The position numbers were made by a program, and so were the translations under genes. A stretch of 64,000 nucleotides of DNA from assembly GCA_965285935.1 (NCBI GenBank), contig OZ260662.1, positions 119,722,001 through 119,786,000 on the forward strand, read 5' to 3'. The notes under the pieces are model-generated. The model was not told the origin of the DNA. It searched no databases and was given only the letters and a program-made list of their open reading frames with translations. Source of the stretch: Ophelia neglecta (lineage: Eukaryota). Positions 38,440 through 53,116 of this stretch are shown piece after piece; position 1 is the first letter of the stretch; every line of letters begins with the position of its first letter.

Positions 38440-41400
38440 AACGTCTCTCTCACTCTTCACTAAATGTAAATGGATGGACAGTTAACAACAAAGAACTTCG
38501 AGAACAGATTGTTCAAAAGGTGAACTCCGATATTATTTGTATTTCTGAGACTCATTTGTCAAGGGACGATGACCTTATCTGCGATGGTTTTGTTAGTTTT
38601 GTACATAACCGAAAAAGTCAACATCGGAGGGCTCCCAAGGCATCTGGTGGTGTAGCAGTTCTTGTTAAGGACTATGTTTTCAAAGATTTCAAACTAACTG
38701 TAATTGATAAATCTGTTGATGGCATTCTCGGTTTGAAAATTGAAAATGTCCTCAATGGTTTTGCATGTGTGTTATTCTCCTGCTACTTGCCACCCGAAAA
38801 CTCAGTCTGGGGCACGGATCCGATAAACTTTTTTGCTCATCTTACCACACTAATGTATATGAATAGCTATGCAGATATCCTATTAGTTGCTGGTGATTTG
38901 GGCGTATTGGTGATATGCTAGATTTTGTACCTGAGGTTGACCATATCCAGAAAAGAACACATAAGGACTCTGTAAAGTGTGGTCATGGAGACGTCATTAT
39001 CAATTTCGCCAAGGATGTTAAGATGGCGGTGTTAAATGGTAGAATAACTCCCCAGTATGATGACTTTACTTTCATTTCTCCACGTGGCCGATCTGTAGTT
39101 GACTATATGCTTATGCCACATGATTGTCTAAAATTTTGCGAGTTTTTTAAGGTAGAAACTATGAGTGGCTTTTTGACCTTGTTCCACTTCTATCAGAAAA
39201 TTGTAAAGCGCCAGATCACTCATTATTGTCAGTCGGGCTGCACTTTGGTTGCCACGGAGTTATGAGGCAGGGAGAGTCGTCAAATGACCCGTCCTTTAAC
39301 AGTGGTAGTAGAAAATTGTACAAATTCGATAATGCTACAGATAATTTGCTTTCTTCGGATGTTTGGAATAGTTCTATATTGCAACTCATTTCCACATTGC
39401 AGAACCAAATTGAAGCACAGGCAGATCTGGACGATGTTTATGACTCTTTTTGTCGAAATCTATTCAGGAAGCTTGACAGCCAGTTAGAGTGGAAGTATGC
39501 GTCCAAAAGGAGTAAAAAGTTATTTAGAAATTCAAAGCCCTATTGGAATACCGACCTTTCTTTGCTTTGGAAAGCTATGACAACGGCTGAAAGATTATTT
39601 GTCAATTACAAGGGTTCCTCCCGTGGACCTAAAAGTGCATTACAGAACTCATTTAAAGATGCTCAGAGATTGTTTGATAAGGCACTTAGGAAAGCTGAGA
39701 GAAGTTATAATAGAAGCTTAGTTGATAAAATTGAAGATTTATCTGTTAATAATCACAAAGATTTTTGGACAGAATTAAAGGAACTGGGCCCTAGAAAAAA
39801 CTCTGCTATTCCATTAAAAGTTAAAATAGGTGATAATTTGACCACAGATGTCAAAGAAATTCTTTAAAAATGGGAAAATGATTTCAGTCTGTTGTTGAAT
39901 AGAGCTAATTTGTGTAACCATTTTGACGAATCTTTCCAAAATGAAATGTTAGCTTATAAGTCAAGGTTAGAAAGTGATATGTTAAATGACGAATATGTGG
40001 GCAATGTGCTTCTAAATCGGCCTGTATCAGTAGATGAAATAGAGAAAGTGGTTGCAAAATTGAAGTGTAAAAAAGCATCGGGGGTTGACTATATTCCAAA
40101 CGAGGTCCTTAAATGTCCCAAAGTTGTAATATTCCTTTTTCGTTTGATTGAATGTTGCTTTTATACTGGTATGGTCCCTTCTTTGTGGAAAAAGGCAATT
40201 ATTAAACCAATTCCCAAAAGTTCCGACAAGGATCCATTTATTCCATTAAATTACCGTGGTATCAGTCTTCTCTCGTGTGTTGCTAAGATTTATTCAGCAT
40301 TCTTAAATAATCGAATTGTTTCCTATAGTAATGATTTAAATATACTGGCCGATGAACAGAATGGTTTTAGAGCACATCGCTCATGTGAAGACCATATTTT
40401 TTCCCTTACACGTATTATTAAGAACAGGCTTAATGATGGGTTGTCTACTTATTGCGCATTCGTTGACCTAGAAAAGGCATTTGACTGGGTGAATCGCGAC
40501 TTACTGTTATCTAAATTGCTCAGATACAATATTGATGGGAGGATATATTTTGCAGTTAAGTCTCTTCTTGAAAATACTGTCTCTCGAATTACATTAAATG
40601 ATAATTTTTGTACTAAATGGTTTCAGATTTCATATGGCGTTCGTCAAGGAGATAATTTATCCCCTACTTTGTTTAATCTTTTTATAAATGATCTTGTAAC
40701 CCATTTGAAACAAAACTGCCCTACTTTACAAATTGGAAATGTTCCCATAAATTGTTTGCTGTATGCAGACGATATGGTACTGATTGCCGAATCGCCAGAT
40801 ACATTGCAACAGTTACTGTGTGAACTCCATTCATGGTGTTTTAAATGGCAGGTTAAAGTAAATGAAGGTAAGACTAAAATTGTTCACTTTAGAAAGACAA
40901 GGGTAAGATGTACAGATTACTCCTTTAAACTTGATCAGGTCAAATTAGAAACTGTTCCTTGCTATAGATACCTAGGTGTAATACTGGACGAATATATGAA
41001 ATTTGACAGGTGTGTGAAAACATTGGCCGATTCTGCAGGAAGAGCACTTGGTGCTATTATTGGTAAATTTAAGAGTCTGAAAAATGTAGGGTATGATACG
41101 TTTACAAATTTGTATAATTCTGGTGTAAAGCCAATCATGGAATACGGTAGTGGAATTTGGGGTTCGGTTAAAGGGGCAGAATTAGAATATGTACAAAACC
41201 GAGCCTCACGATACTATTTGGGGGTACACAAATTTGCCCCATTATGTGGTCTCTCAGGTGAAATGGGTTGGCTCTCTTCTAATTTAAGTCGCTTGATCTG
41301 TGTCATAAGGCTATGGAATAGACTTATTTGTATGAATGATGGTTCACTTACACGATCTGTTTTTGATTGGGATTATATGAAATGTCAAAATAATTGGAGC

Positions 41401-41943
41401 TCTGCTGTGAAGTATATTTTTGATTTGTTAGGAATGAGTGATAACTTTAATAATATGACTGTATGTAATATATCTGTGGTTCATGAAAAGGTTGTCGAAA
41501 TAATGAGGGAACGGTGGTCTCAGGAGATACTAAATAGGCCAAAATTAAGAACATATGTCAAATTTAAAGAAACTGTTATGGTAGAAGATTATGTTCGTGT
41601 GATACAATCTCGTCCTATGCGTTCAATACTTTCTCAGTTTCGATTGGGAATTTTACCTTTAAAAATAGAAACTGGTCGTTTTAGAGGTCTAGCTATTGGT
41701 GAGAGAAAATGTGAGTTGTGTTTATCTGGAGAGGTTGAAGACGAGCTTCACTTCCTATGTGTCTGCCCATTGTATGAGGCAGAAAGAAGAATTCTGTTCA
41801 GCGTTGCAGCTAATCTAAACCCTCCTTTTACTCACATGGCAATAGATGATAAATTCATATATATTTTAAAATTTATGTGGAGAGACCTTGGGAAATATCT
41901 AATGTCATCCTGGAATATAAGACAAAATGTTTTATATAATTGA
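38440..41943 (+). pseudogene. LINE ORF2: APE endonuclease, reverse transcriptase and CCHC domain; RT part 39892-41943 open
   Basis: SLNVNG, IICISETHL, GGVAVLVK, YLPP, AGDL, SVVDY, PDH (APE). NYRGISLLS, EQNGFR, FVDLEKAFD, GVRQGD, YADD, YLGV (RT). Frameshifts near 38900 and 39180, in-frame TAA at 39865-39867. Confidence 0.92.
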
Positions 41944-44419
41944 CATCTACTTCTTACCTTTTTTTGTTTTTCCCCCAAGAAACCTAATATTGCTATATTA
42001 TGCATGTAAACACATTTCTTACAACCTAGGTTGTGTTAATTCTAATGGTTCTATCCATACTCGTGTATATGGCTTGTCAAAACCATGTTAATATACATAA
42101 ACAATTGTATACACTAATTTTGAAAATATTTAGCTATAGGCGTTCCAGAACAAGTGTGAAGTATGCTTGAGATTCTAGAACTTGTATATGTTAATGTATC
42201 CTGGTATCTCCTTTATATTTCATGGTAGCCTATGCTCTGTGTAAAGTTATATTACATAAAGATGGTTTTTGTTTATTTTATTTTTTTGAGAGGCCGTGCT
42301 AGGTTGTGTCATGCACTTTGCTTTTTGCCTTTTTTGAATTGTCATATATACAGGTGACTAATAAGCCCAGTAGGGCTGGGTGTGATTTGTTTGTTTAGAG
42401 TTTATTTTCTGTATTTATAAATGTATACACTATGTCACTATAATAAAAAATCAACAACATTAACTCCGGTTTTGGAAGGACTTCTCCGGCAAGACAGCCT
42501 TTGTCTCCGTTTAATCTCTCTATACTGCAGGAGGCTGCATTGTTAGTAATTAACTGCAATGTATTCGCATCATCGACTAGCGGTGTTCTGATTTCAATAG
42601 CGAAGTAATTTTTTCATACATAGATTATTACGAGACAATCTAATGAAGCATCGGTTTGATTAACCCATGTTAGCTGGACGTGAAGTGTCATATCGTGGCA
42701 AAAAAAGGGATTTTCTGTACCCAATATTGTTGGTTAAGTGTTTTCGCGATAAAATTCGTACATTCCGGCCCGATATCGAATATGAAGATCTTTACCTAAT
42801 TTACATTACGGCAAAGGACTTCGATTATACATCAATCACATCTTGACAGGAAAAGTGTCCGAGTGAACTGCTTATTCTTGTAAAGGAAATTAAATGTAAG
42901 TCTAATGCGAAGATTGCATTTTTCACTAATCCCTTTCCTGAATGAAATATCTCGTGAGATGGACTGTTGTTCATTTATAATATTCCAGATATTACTATGG
43001 AGGGAATGCTGTCGTTAAATGCCTAATACTAACGTCGGGGCATTAATGGGGCATGACCAAGTTTTCGAAATACTAGACGGACAACCGGACAGACAAAAAG
43101 TGATAGTTAATTAGATCGTTCCGATATAATCTGGAAGCATTATCCACAGGCCCGCATACTACGTTCTCCAGCCAAGAAGAGAGTCATTGATCGTTAATCC
43201 TTATAATCCATTATATTAAGAATACTCTGAAGGAAAATACTCCGCACCACGCTTGGCAATTATCTATTTCTATGTCCTAATATATTTTTTATGGAGAAAA
43301 GCCGACAGATTCAATTCCAAAATAGCTCCAAGACAATAAGGGACAATCTAATGAGACTTTAATTATATTCATCGATCATTTCTAGACAGCCCTTGTGTAT
43401 TATATGAAGGGTTTTTTATTCTTCGGGAAATGCCTTAAGCGAGAACCACAATGTTTTACCGATAATGCCCATTAAGGATTTCCAATGTTGCCACAGGAAA
43501 GCCATGGAAATCATATAAAGAACAGCCATCCCAGAAACGGGAATTTAAAAATGCGTTTACATTGTTGGCAGAACATTTATACAATTATGTTGGAATTCTC
43601 AGCCGCCACCTCACCCCACAAAACTTTCGCGGGATTTGAATGTTAAGCTTACTTATTATTCAAGACATTTAACTAGATATATACTTTGTCAATAGTTGGT
43701 AAAGACAAAAGCACTGGTGATATCACCTAAAGGACTAGATGCAAGGCAGTATTCACAGCGGAAACTTCTGTCGTCCATCAGGCTATATTTTGCCAGTATT
43801 TCCAGTTCGTATAGCGATAATGGCTTAAGTGTAGGATTCGGCGAGTATCCACAAGCAGGCCATGGCTTAGGGATCAATCTAGCTGAGAATAAGATCCAAA
43901 TACAACTATGAAGCAATATTTGCTTTCTATGTTGTGATGACTTCGCCTTACCTAATCATAAATGCAGAAGACCACTATAACCACAAATTATAATAAAAAA
44001 CCACCCAAGGTGGAAATGATTTCAATATAATGACAAGGTAACTATTATAACGTATAAATGGAAATAAGAGACTGTACCAAAAGTCTTGATCTTGAAGTAT
44101 TTACTACGGAAAAGAAAACTTATAATGCATTGTATATTTGCAGCTGTGCACGAAATTATATATGGTGTTCTTAGGATGAGCCATTATGAACAATGTTCTG
44201 TAAAGGAAAGGGGGCAGGCTTTTGTGGGAAGGGTGTGGGTGAGGGCGGTAGGGGAATGCCTATGATAATCATGTCAATGGCTGCATCACCAATTGGGTGT
44301 TAATGTGTTATATTTTCTTTCAGGGAAATGACAGGATTGGTGATACAAGCTCTTTGCGACCAATTCCAACGAGGAGACATACATGATACCTGAGTTCAGG
44401 AATGTCTCGTTGAATTAAG

Positions 44420-45140
44420 AAAATGAATGACACTAAACTTACTCATATCAAACACTGATGAAACAGAGGTTCTCGTTCTTGGTACAAACCAACTGCTTTC
44501 AAAGTCCCTGGTTCCTAGCATCTTAGTTGCTGCTACTTTGGTGGCTGTTCAGAGCAAACCTGTGAAGAACATCGGAGTCATGTTTGTCCCATCTTTGACA
44601 ATGGCAACTCACGTGACCTCGATGTCAGGTCTGCCACCCAGCATCTCCAAATGTTAGACACATCAAAAAACTCTGACACTGATTGCACTAAAGGGTTGCT
44701 AGATGCATTCGTGACATCCCGATTGGACTGTTTTTCAATTATCTGATGTCTGCAGCTGTGGAAAAGCGGTTGCAGAAGGTACAACTTTTAGCTACAAGAC
44801 TTCTTACCATAGTTACCGATACCGAAATACGTGACCACATTACTCCGGTTCTCTATGACCTACACTGACTTGGAGAGTGGAGCACCAATTTTATTTCAGT
44901 CTTTTGAATTTTCGTTGATGGTGGACAAAACCTTGAATGGCGATGCTCCTGTGAACACCTCCCATCTATTGCAGCGATACAAAAATAATTGTGTTCTATG
45001 GTCTCAGACAAACACGCTGCTCGTTGTACCGAAAACAAAACTATTTACAGCTGGTGGTAGAACTTTGAGATCATTTGGCTATAGACTCCTTACCGGCTTA
45101 TGTCATTCCTCCGGAGGTTAATTTTCAGTCTAAACCATAA
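44420..45140 (+). mobile_element. Degenerate 3' fragment of an L2/CR1-type LINE
   Basis: NTDETEVLVLG, KNIGVMF, AFVTSRLD, HITPVLYDLH, LLVVPKTKLFTAGGR motifs in broken frames. Confidence 0.75.
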
Positions 45141-45192
45141 AATCTGACTTTTTTGGGGTGACCCCTGTAGGCCGATAGTGCTCTTGTATTAA

Positions 45193-45231
45193 TTATTATA
45201 TCCGCGAAATGCGGATATTATGTTTTCAGTA

Positions 45232-45283
<52 letters not shown>

Positions 45284-46388
45284 AGATTTTAGTCGTTAAC
45301 GCGATAACTCAAAAACCATTTCGTACATCTTTTTCAAATTCAACACAGCCATTGACCTTATTGAGAGGAGGAACTGATTAGATTCTGGTGAAAATCCAAT
45401 AATTATTAATTAGTTAAAACAATTAATTAATTACGTCAGAAACGCATTTTCTGCAATAACACAAAAAATATTTGATACATCTTTTTCTAATTTGACACAG
45501 CCATAGACCTTATTGAGAGGAAGACCTGTATTTATTCTGGTGAATTTCTGATAAATTATTATTTAGTTAAAATAATTAATTAATTATGTCAAAAACACAT
45601 TTTCTATCATATATTCCAAAGTATAGCTGATATTGGCTTGAAGTTTTGTGTCATGATTCATGTAATAACTATATACAATCTGTGTAATAAGTTAACTAGT
45701 TAACTTTATTAATGACCTGAAAAAAAATTAGTTAAGGTGGTTTTGCATTATTCTTGAGGTCATATGGAACCAACTTTATTAATGATCTGCCTTATTATTG
45801 AGGTTATATAGAAGCTACTACAATCTGTGTAACAAGTTAACTAATACTGTGTAATAAGTTAACTAGTTAACTTTATTAATGACCTGAAAAGAAATTAGTT
45901 AAGGCAGTTTTTCATTATTATTGAGGTCATATGGAACCTACTACAATGTGTGTAATAAGTTAACTAGTTAACTTTATTAATGACCTGAAAATAATTTAGT
46001 TAAGGTCGTTTTGCATTATTATTGAGATCTTATGGAACCTACAAATAAGTTCACTTTATTAATGACCTGAAAAAAAATTAGTTAGGGTGGTTTTGCATTA
46101 TTATTGAGGTCATATGACACCAACTTTAAGAATGACCTGCATTATTATTGAGGTCAAATAGAACCTACTACAATCTGTGTAATAAGTAAACTAGTACTGG
46201 GTAATAAGTTAACTAGTTTAAATTTATTAATGACCTGAACAAAATTTAGTTAAGGTCGTTATCTTTTGTGCCAACTAAAAACTACCATATTCACTACCTC
46301 GCCTTAGGTCATGTTCCCCATTCGATTATTGCACGCATTCGCGGATATACCCCTTGCTGTCGGCCCCCCCGACAGCGTTGGCCTAGTT
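45193..46388 (+). mobile_element. Non-autonomous Helentron-type element (HINE / DINE-1 / Pearl-like)
   Basis: 5' TT, then subTIR TATATCCGCGAA inside a palindrome, then (GCC)n of about 17 units, two copies of about 152 bp, and AT-rich repeats. 3' subTIR TTCGCGGATATA (about 46338-46349), GC hairpin GCTGTCGG-ccccc-CCGACAGC, and terminal CTAGTT. Confidence 0.85.
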
Positions 46389-49300
46389 ATGCTTATAAAT
46401 GTGTCCGTGGTAATTGACATTCAATAAAAAATGCTTTTAAATTGAATAAAACATGTCTTTAAAAGCTGGCTGTTGTTTTAAAGCAATTCACTCATTCACT
46501 CACACAAACAAACAAGAATAACAATCAACACTAAAATAACAACAACAGGAACGGTCAGCTGCAGGTCAGACCAATCCCGTGTCTTTCCTGTGGAGATTCC
46601 ATGTGCCGGAATGCAAAGGTCTTAGAGTAACCACGGGAAAGGTCCATTGACTCTCCTGGCTTGAATGCATGGTGTTTTACCCAGTTTATGCAATATTTGC
46701 AATTCTGAATATAAAATTCTTACTAGCAAATAAATTCAAGCTGATTGTACCCGGCAAAGAAAATGCGCTATTTTGAAATATTTATATTATAGTAGAAGCA
46801 AGGGTTCCAGACCTTCCCCTGGATAAGTTATTCCACTTACCTTTTTGTGACCTTGGAGGACCTTTATTAAAGACTGTGAATGTCCCCAAGGCCGCAAATG
46901 GTTCCATACTATTATGCATCTCTACCTGTTTGTATTCAGGGTGACTCGGATGGCGCCAACCATTTAATCAAAACCCTGGTCTCGACGTTTCCCCTGACCA
47001 TTTCGCATTTCAAAATAGCGGCTCCCAATGATACTGGAAACTTATTTGAGTTCATTAGGTATAACTTCTCTTCAATGTGTTTTTTTAGAATCCACTTTTT
47101 TCACATTAACCAGTTGACACAAAGACGAGCTATGCTCGCGAGGTCTTCCGCCTCACGGGCTTTGCCATCTATAATGGTGTTTTGCAACAGCTAAAAAATT
47201 TTATGAACAAGTAGTTTTTCAGGTTTTCTGCCAAAGTACGTGCCTTAGAAGATCATTTATCTGACTTACCCCAACCAACACATTGATAGAAAGTGATACC
47301 TGATGGCCCAACTAATTCAACGTAACAGTAAAAGGTTGGCACGGCGTCATGCAATATAAAATTGTATATTTGTTCAGCCGCAGCAAAATAGTAGATTGAA
47401 GAGTGAGCTCATACACGAGAAATGTGTTAATTTAAATTCTCTGATGAGAATGAGGGCACGCGGATGAAAATAATATAGAAAAACATCTAGCATGTACAGC
47501 ATCCATAGTAAATCGTTATTCGTCCACAATAAACTGAATAGCATCTTCTAACTCAATAAAACATTCCAAATTACCCGTTCACTATTGGCATATTCTATGG
47601 CATCTCTGTGTACATGTGTACATGTGAAGGTCTTGGCTACACTTTTCTTTGATTTCCTTTTAATGTGTATATGTCTAAGTTGTACTTCTTTTCACAAGAT
47701 TAATGCAAAGTAGACACTTGTCTTAAGTTGTATGCTGCTTCTTGTTATTGTAACGGTTATTTGTCCAATATGGTCTGCCACGAAATTTGCCCCAACGAGG
47801 GAATGGCCACTTAATAGCACCGGAGTGTGTATGTCACTATCCAACAATCATGAAGCGTTTCCCGTGTTTGCAGGACATATTCTATGTTTACACTTGATTT
47901 AGTAATAACTGGTGATGTTTGTCATGCTTTATCAATGTATTTCCATTTAATCATCATACCAACAACGATTAATTTCCCGATCGATGCCATAGCAGATATT
48001 AGAGTGTCTTATTATCAGACCTAAGGCAATTATTGTTTAAACTATATTTAGCCTGATGATGATGTGTCATGTTCCCTTCTTTATTATTTACTGACTTTAT
48101 TAGATTTGCTCGGTGGACACTTTTACATGCAAAGGATTTTTTTCTGTCAATCATCATTTAACTGCATGGAGGAAAGGTTTGCCAATTATCAGTCTGCAGT
48201 CTGCAGCTGACGATTGTTTAAATAATGCAGATTTAATGGATATATGCTGATTATTGAAATTGCATTGTAAGCTGGGTAACCGATTCCGATTCTTAGAAAC
48301 CGCTATCAATGTATTTTAACCGGCTCATCAATCCACCGAATTCCACCCCAAGGTAAAAATTCATGCAATAGGCTTTTATCCTTAGCAATGGCGTATAATG
48401 CTGCGTTGCACTGAAGCACATTTTTCATATATTTGAAAAAAACGCGAAGGGTTTATTTGTTCACTCAGTATGCAGAAAACTTATTTAAACGCAGAGAGCT
48501 GCCATCTATCAAAAGCCTCTGGGAAACAATTCTACAAAAGAGTCTCCGCTTAGCAAATCTACGGAGAGTCTCCGCCAAGCCCATCTACCAAGCTCGCGCT
48601 AATCACACTGTGTGAAGGGATATCATATCTTCCTGAGCGAAGGATGCAAATTTTACGAGCTAGTTGATACGTCTTTGTTGTATTATATAGGAGGGGCCTA
48701 CCTATACAACAGGTGTTCAGTGGTACACCATGAAGTAATCACACAATTTGCAGAGATTCTACATGCAAGGATTTAATTATACTTTCTGTATAAATATATT
48801 GAAATTTATTTCGTTCCTATGCAATAATGAATTAGATGAAAATCCCGCAATTTCTATAAATAAATAGAATTTGCAAGCACAAAAGTGCCTGTCTCGTATC
48901 GATGGCATACGTAATTAATTTTCGGTTACGTCATGAATGAATCAAACAAAACACTTTTCGTAGTCAATAAATGTATAACTAGTACGTTCAGTGAACGCTT
49001 CAATAAAGAGAGAGATAACAGACTATTTGTCTGTTCAGTTGCTATTAATGGAAAATATAAAGTTGTTAAAATAATAGGCAATGTCGTTTCATTGAAACAT
49101 AGAAAAGTATAACAAAAGCAAAAAATAATGACGATCTAAATAATAACGACAAAGTAAGCAACAAGGAGCAAATGTCAGCTCTAGCAAATTATTATACAAA
49201 ATAACCAAATAAAGCAGAAAAAAGTAAACATGTCTCCAAATATGTTCCAATATACTGCACAGTGCGTCTAAAAAAAGCAGCTAGCAGACATTTCCCACTT

Positions 49301-52300
49301 CTGTGTTTCCACGAAAGTAAATGCTCGATTTTCCTATAACTAACGGACGACAAAGTTACCATTAATCAAAGACTGTCCAGCCTTCTTTGGGGAGGGATGC
49401 TCAGAGCTGGTCTAGGGGGCGTAGCTTTTAACAGGGACATATATAAACATCATGTAGAATTTTGTACACCCTAAGATGGCCTATGTTGCACGTAAATTCT
49501 GCAGGAACGCAGTTTTATTTTGGGATTGTCGTCTTTAACGAGCTAAGTGGAACTCGTCAACCTTATATGGAGTCATTATTGGATATTCGTTTATGTGTCC
49601 CAGGTCACCCAGAAGATATTTATTGGGAGGAACGGCCATAACAAGACAAGGGACTATGGGTTCCTTCCACGAAAAGGTCCGTTGATCATTCATATGGCCC
49701 ATGTAACCTGGATAGGGATATGAATGAAGTGAATCCCTTCCAGAAACATTTTAAACACATTTTGTTGAACCGACATTAATATTTTTCCTTTAATGACCGG
49801 ACTCCAAATAAATAAGACATTGATTGTCTCGAATTGAGAAGTTAAGGTTGGTTATACCTACAAAACGTTCGGAGGTGATAATATGAAAATGAATCAACCA
49901 AAGATTCATTGCAGTCCTATATAAAGGAAGCAGACAATTCCTTAATACGACGCAATAAATGTTTTCACTCAGGATCGGTATTCAACGGGACTTGCATGTT
50001 TGCACGGCCTTGGAAAAAAATGTATGAACGCAATTGGGCGCCATCCTTGTTTACTGTTTAAGGATTCAACCATTTATTTTACATTTGGTGGTCTCACCAA
50101 AGGGTCGCAGGCTTTCAAATTGTCAATTTCCATTTGTGATTACGGCAGGTCGCCCATTTCTCTCATTTAGATTTAAGAGAAGGTAGGGAAGTTTACAACA
50201 TATATATTTACACACTCTACTAGAATAGGTATTTGGGGCGTTATTTGCCGAGGCCAGATGGAAAAACTAGAACTTCGAACTTTGCATAGTGAAACCCCAA
50301 ACACTTATGTTTAATGTTCTTGTGGAACTGCAATTGCACTAAATGCCCAAAGGGGCAATATATGATCCACATCTAACGAAGCATGTACAGTCTTTGGAGC
50401 CTCTGGTAAAAAAATCCCTAGTTTTCAGGGATATTTCATTTTGTTTCTAAATAGCTTTACCCGCCAAATTAACTCTAATTAAGTATAATGGCTAACCCGA
50501 CGACCAAAAAAATCTTAACGTTTACAAATTTAAGTCGTCTCCAGTCGGGAGAAATGTATGTTTTATGTTATATCTTGAGCAGGTGTTTGATAAGACTGGT
50601 TGTCTGATCTTAGATAAATGCATCTGACGCACCTAGGCGTGAAAGGTCGATTCATCAAATGTTATTCCCCTTAAGGCATCATTCAATGTAAATGGATTTT
50701 TAGAGTGTGATTTACTGAAATAACAATGACATTTGAATAAGGATCACCGATATTCTTAAACGCGCGTCTAATTGGCGGCTATGTCGCAGCAAGGCCTTTG
50801 TAAAGTGTCCACTTCGTCCTATTCACTGTCTTCTTTTCCTGGCAAAATAAATTGTCAGGTATTTGCCTTAACTTACGCCACAATGGCCAAAACAAGCGGA
50901 GTAACTAAGCACAACGCGTTGAACCGGGATCTGAAGGCCGCGTTACCTTAGCACCTAACATGGTTAATAAGCGCTGTCCCGGACACATCAGGGTAACGAA
51001 GGATACCACATGTTTACTAGGTTTTATGCTCCTCTCGTTTTGGAGTAACCATGTAGCATTCAATTATTGAGGTTCGAGATTAGTTAATATAAGGGACGAT
51101 GCACCAATAATGGCTGGATATTGGGGACATTTTCCCGGCAAAGTGTAAGCATGTCGAATGAGATTTATTGGCTTTAAACTCATATAATTTCCTGGGGGGG
51201 GGGGGGGTGCAAAAGGCAGGGAATATTCTGCATTATAGAGACGGTTAAAATGTCAAAGACAAAAGCGGTGTATAACATATCGTGTATATAATGAGTCCAT
51301 GCCTGGCAGCTAGACATTTAATTGTGCAGTGTGAGGTCATGCATGCATGATACAAGACTAAGATCATGGTTATTTATCGGAGGGTGTGGGGCATTATATT
51401 TAAGGGGAAGAAAATGTAGAAAATGTGCCACTAAAAAGTGAGCTTGGGTGCTTACAAATTAAATACAGTAACTTCAAGCCGCTCCGAAGTTCTAGGCTTC
51501 TGTCACTACAATTTACTTTTGTAACACTGGCGTCAACACGACACACGCAGTTTAAATTGTTATTAATTATATATGCCGAGTCTGAAAAAATACGCTCTTT
51601 TTGCAGTATCGATTCTTTGCAATGTCCAAGCTAGCCTTCATACGAACATATTGTTTATGATAAGAAAAGGTCTTCCTTAAATACTCTCAGGTAAATAAAA
51701 TATATTGCTGAGTGAAAAAATAAGGCTAATGTAAAATTATCAATCAACGGGCCTCATGATTAGTTCTTGCTAGAACAATTTTTCCTTTGTTACTCAACTT
51801 TTGAACACAGATTAAAAACTTTCGACAAACCAAAAACGAGGGGGCGGCGGGGGGGGGGGATGAAGATACTTCCACTGTATATCCACATACCCTTAATGCT
51901 GCCTCCATCTTTGATTCAATTGCCGATTGTATAAAAACAAACAATTCTATCCTTCTTAACTCGCGATATGAACTTATTGGATAATACCGGGTAGTACCCA
52001 CTCTTATGATTTGCATAATGAACAATAAAAAAAGGACTTGTGACATATGCCGCATCGTGTGGGAACCACTGATTTACATTGATCATATGTTCTCTTAAAA
52101 GGAAATCAAATGGGATAGGCCAGACCCAAATGTGATTAACACTGAAAAAATACCACCCTCCCCCCTCTTTTCCATGCTCCATATAGCTGGCTAAATAAAC
52201 GAATTACTTTCATAAAGTGCAACAAGGAAATATTGAACAACAATGAACCCCCCAGTATTGGGCAAAAAAAAGAAAAAGCACCCATCCAACACCCACGAAG

Positions 52301-52443
52301 AAAGAGATTAAGATATTTGCCATCCTATTCCTCTATAGTGTGAATGGACTCTTCTCTAGCTCTTTGGCCTTGTGTTTATTGAGGCAATTCATAAGTAGTA
52401 TTTAATTAGGAGAGAGTTACTTACAATATACGTCGTATAGACG

Positions 52444-53116
52444 GGCCGCCGAATTTATCGCTTTTCATGAGTTTGCATTTGCCGCTTGCAGTGGAACGCT
52501 TACGTCACTGCATTGGATACTGTTGTTAGGGAGATTCCGTTGGATGCCACTCCGCACGTCGCCAATTGGCTGGACTGCCGTTATGACGTCTTAGACTAGA
52601 TTTATCGGGGAATCCCTTCTGTTCATGGTTGACAGTTCGCCATCTCCGCAACACTCTCAACAGTTGAAATTGAAATGAATTGAGCTTCGGAGATTTCTCG
52701 ATGAGTGTATCCGTTTATGTGTCTTCATATATGGTAGACTTCTCGCCACCGTAAATCGGTAGACAGTGCTTTCATCCTGGAATGTACTCATACTCATACA
52801 CCAGTAACTTTTGGGAAAATCCACTCAGATTGCTGAACCAGTTGATATGCATAGATGTCCCTCTGTTCAGGACGTGATAATCACAAACAATCAGCAAACT
52901 CTCCAGTCCGTAAAACACCTGTTGATCAGGTGAAGGGATTCCCCGATAAATCTAGTCTAAGACGCCGTAACGGCAATCCAGCCAATTGGCGACGCATGGA
53001 GTGACATCCGAACGGAATCTCCCTAACAACAGTATCCAATGCAGTATCCAATGACGTAAGCGTTCCAATGCAAGCGGCAAATGCAAACGCTTAAAAAGCG
53101 ATAAAATTCCGCGACT
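52444..53116. mobile_element. Palindromic MITE / foldback element with inverted arms of about 175 bp
   Basis: 52444-52619 is the imperfect reverse complement of 52932-53116 (e.g. GTCTTAGACTAGATTTATCGGGGAATCCCTTC vs GAAGGGATTCCCCGATAAATCTAGTCTAAGAC), around a 310-bp non-coding spacer. Confidence 0.88.

Larger units (their letters stand above)
37547..42460 (+). mobile_element. Near full-length non-LTR retrotransposon (APE-RT LINE, RTE-X-like), disrupted
   Basis: ORF1, ORF2 and a 3' UTR of about 500 bp ending AATAAAAAATCAACAAC. RT motif GVRQGDNLSPTLF / LLYADD and a C-terminal IETGR...C..C....EDE.HF...C zinc knuckle. The 5' end and TSD were not resolved. Confidence 0.9.
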
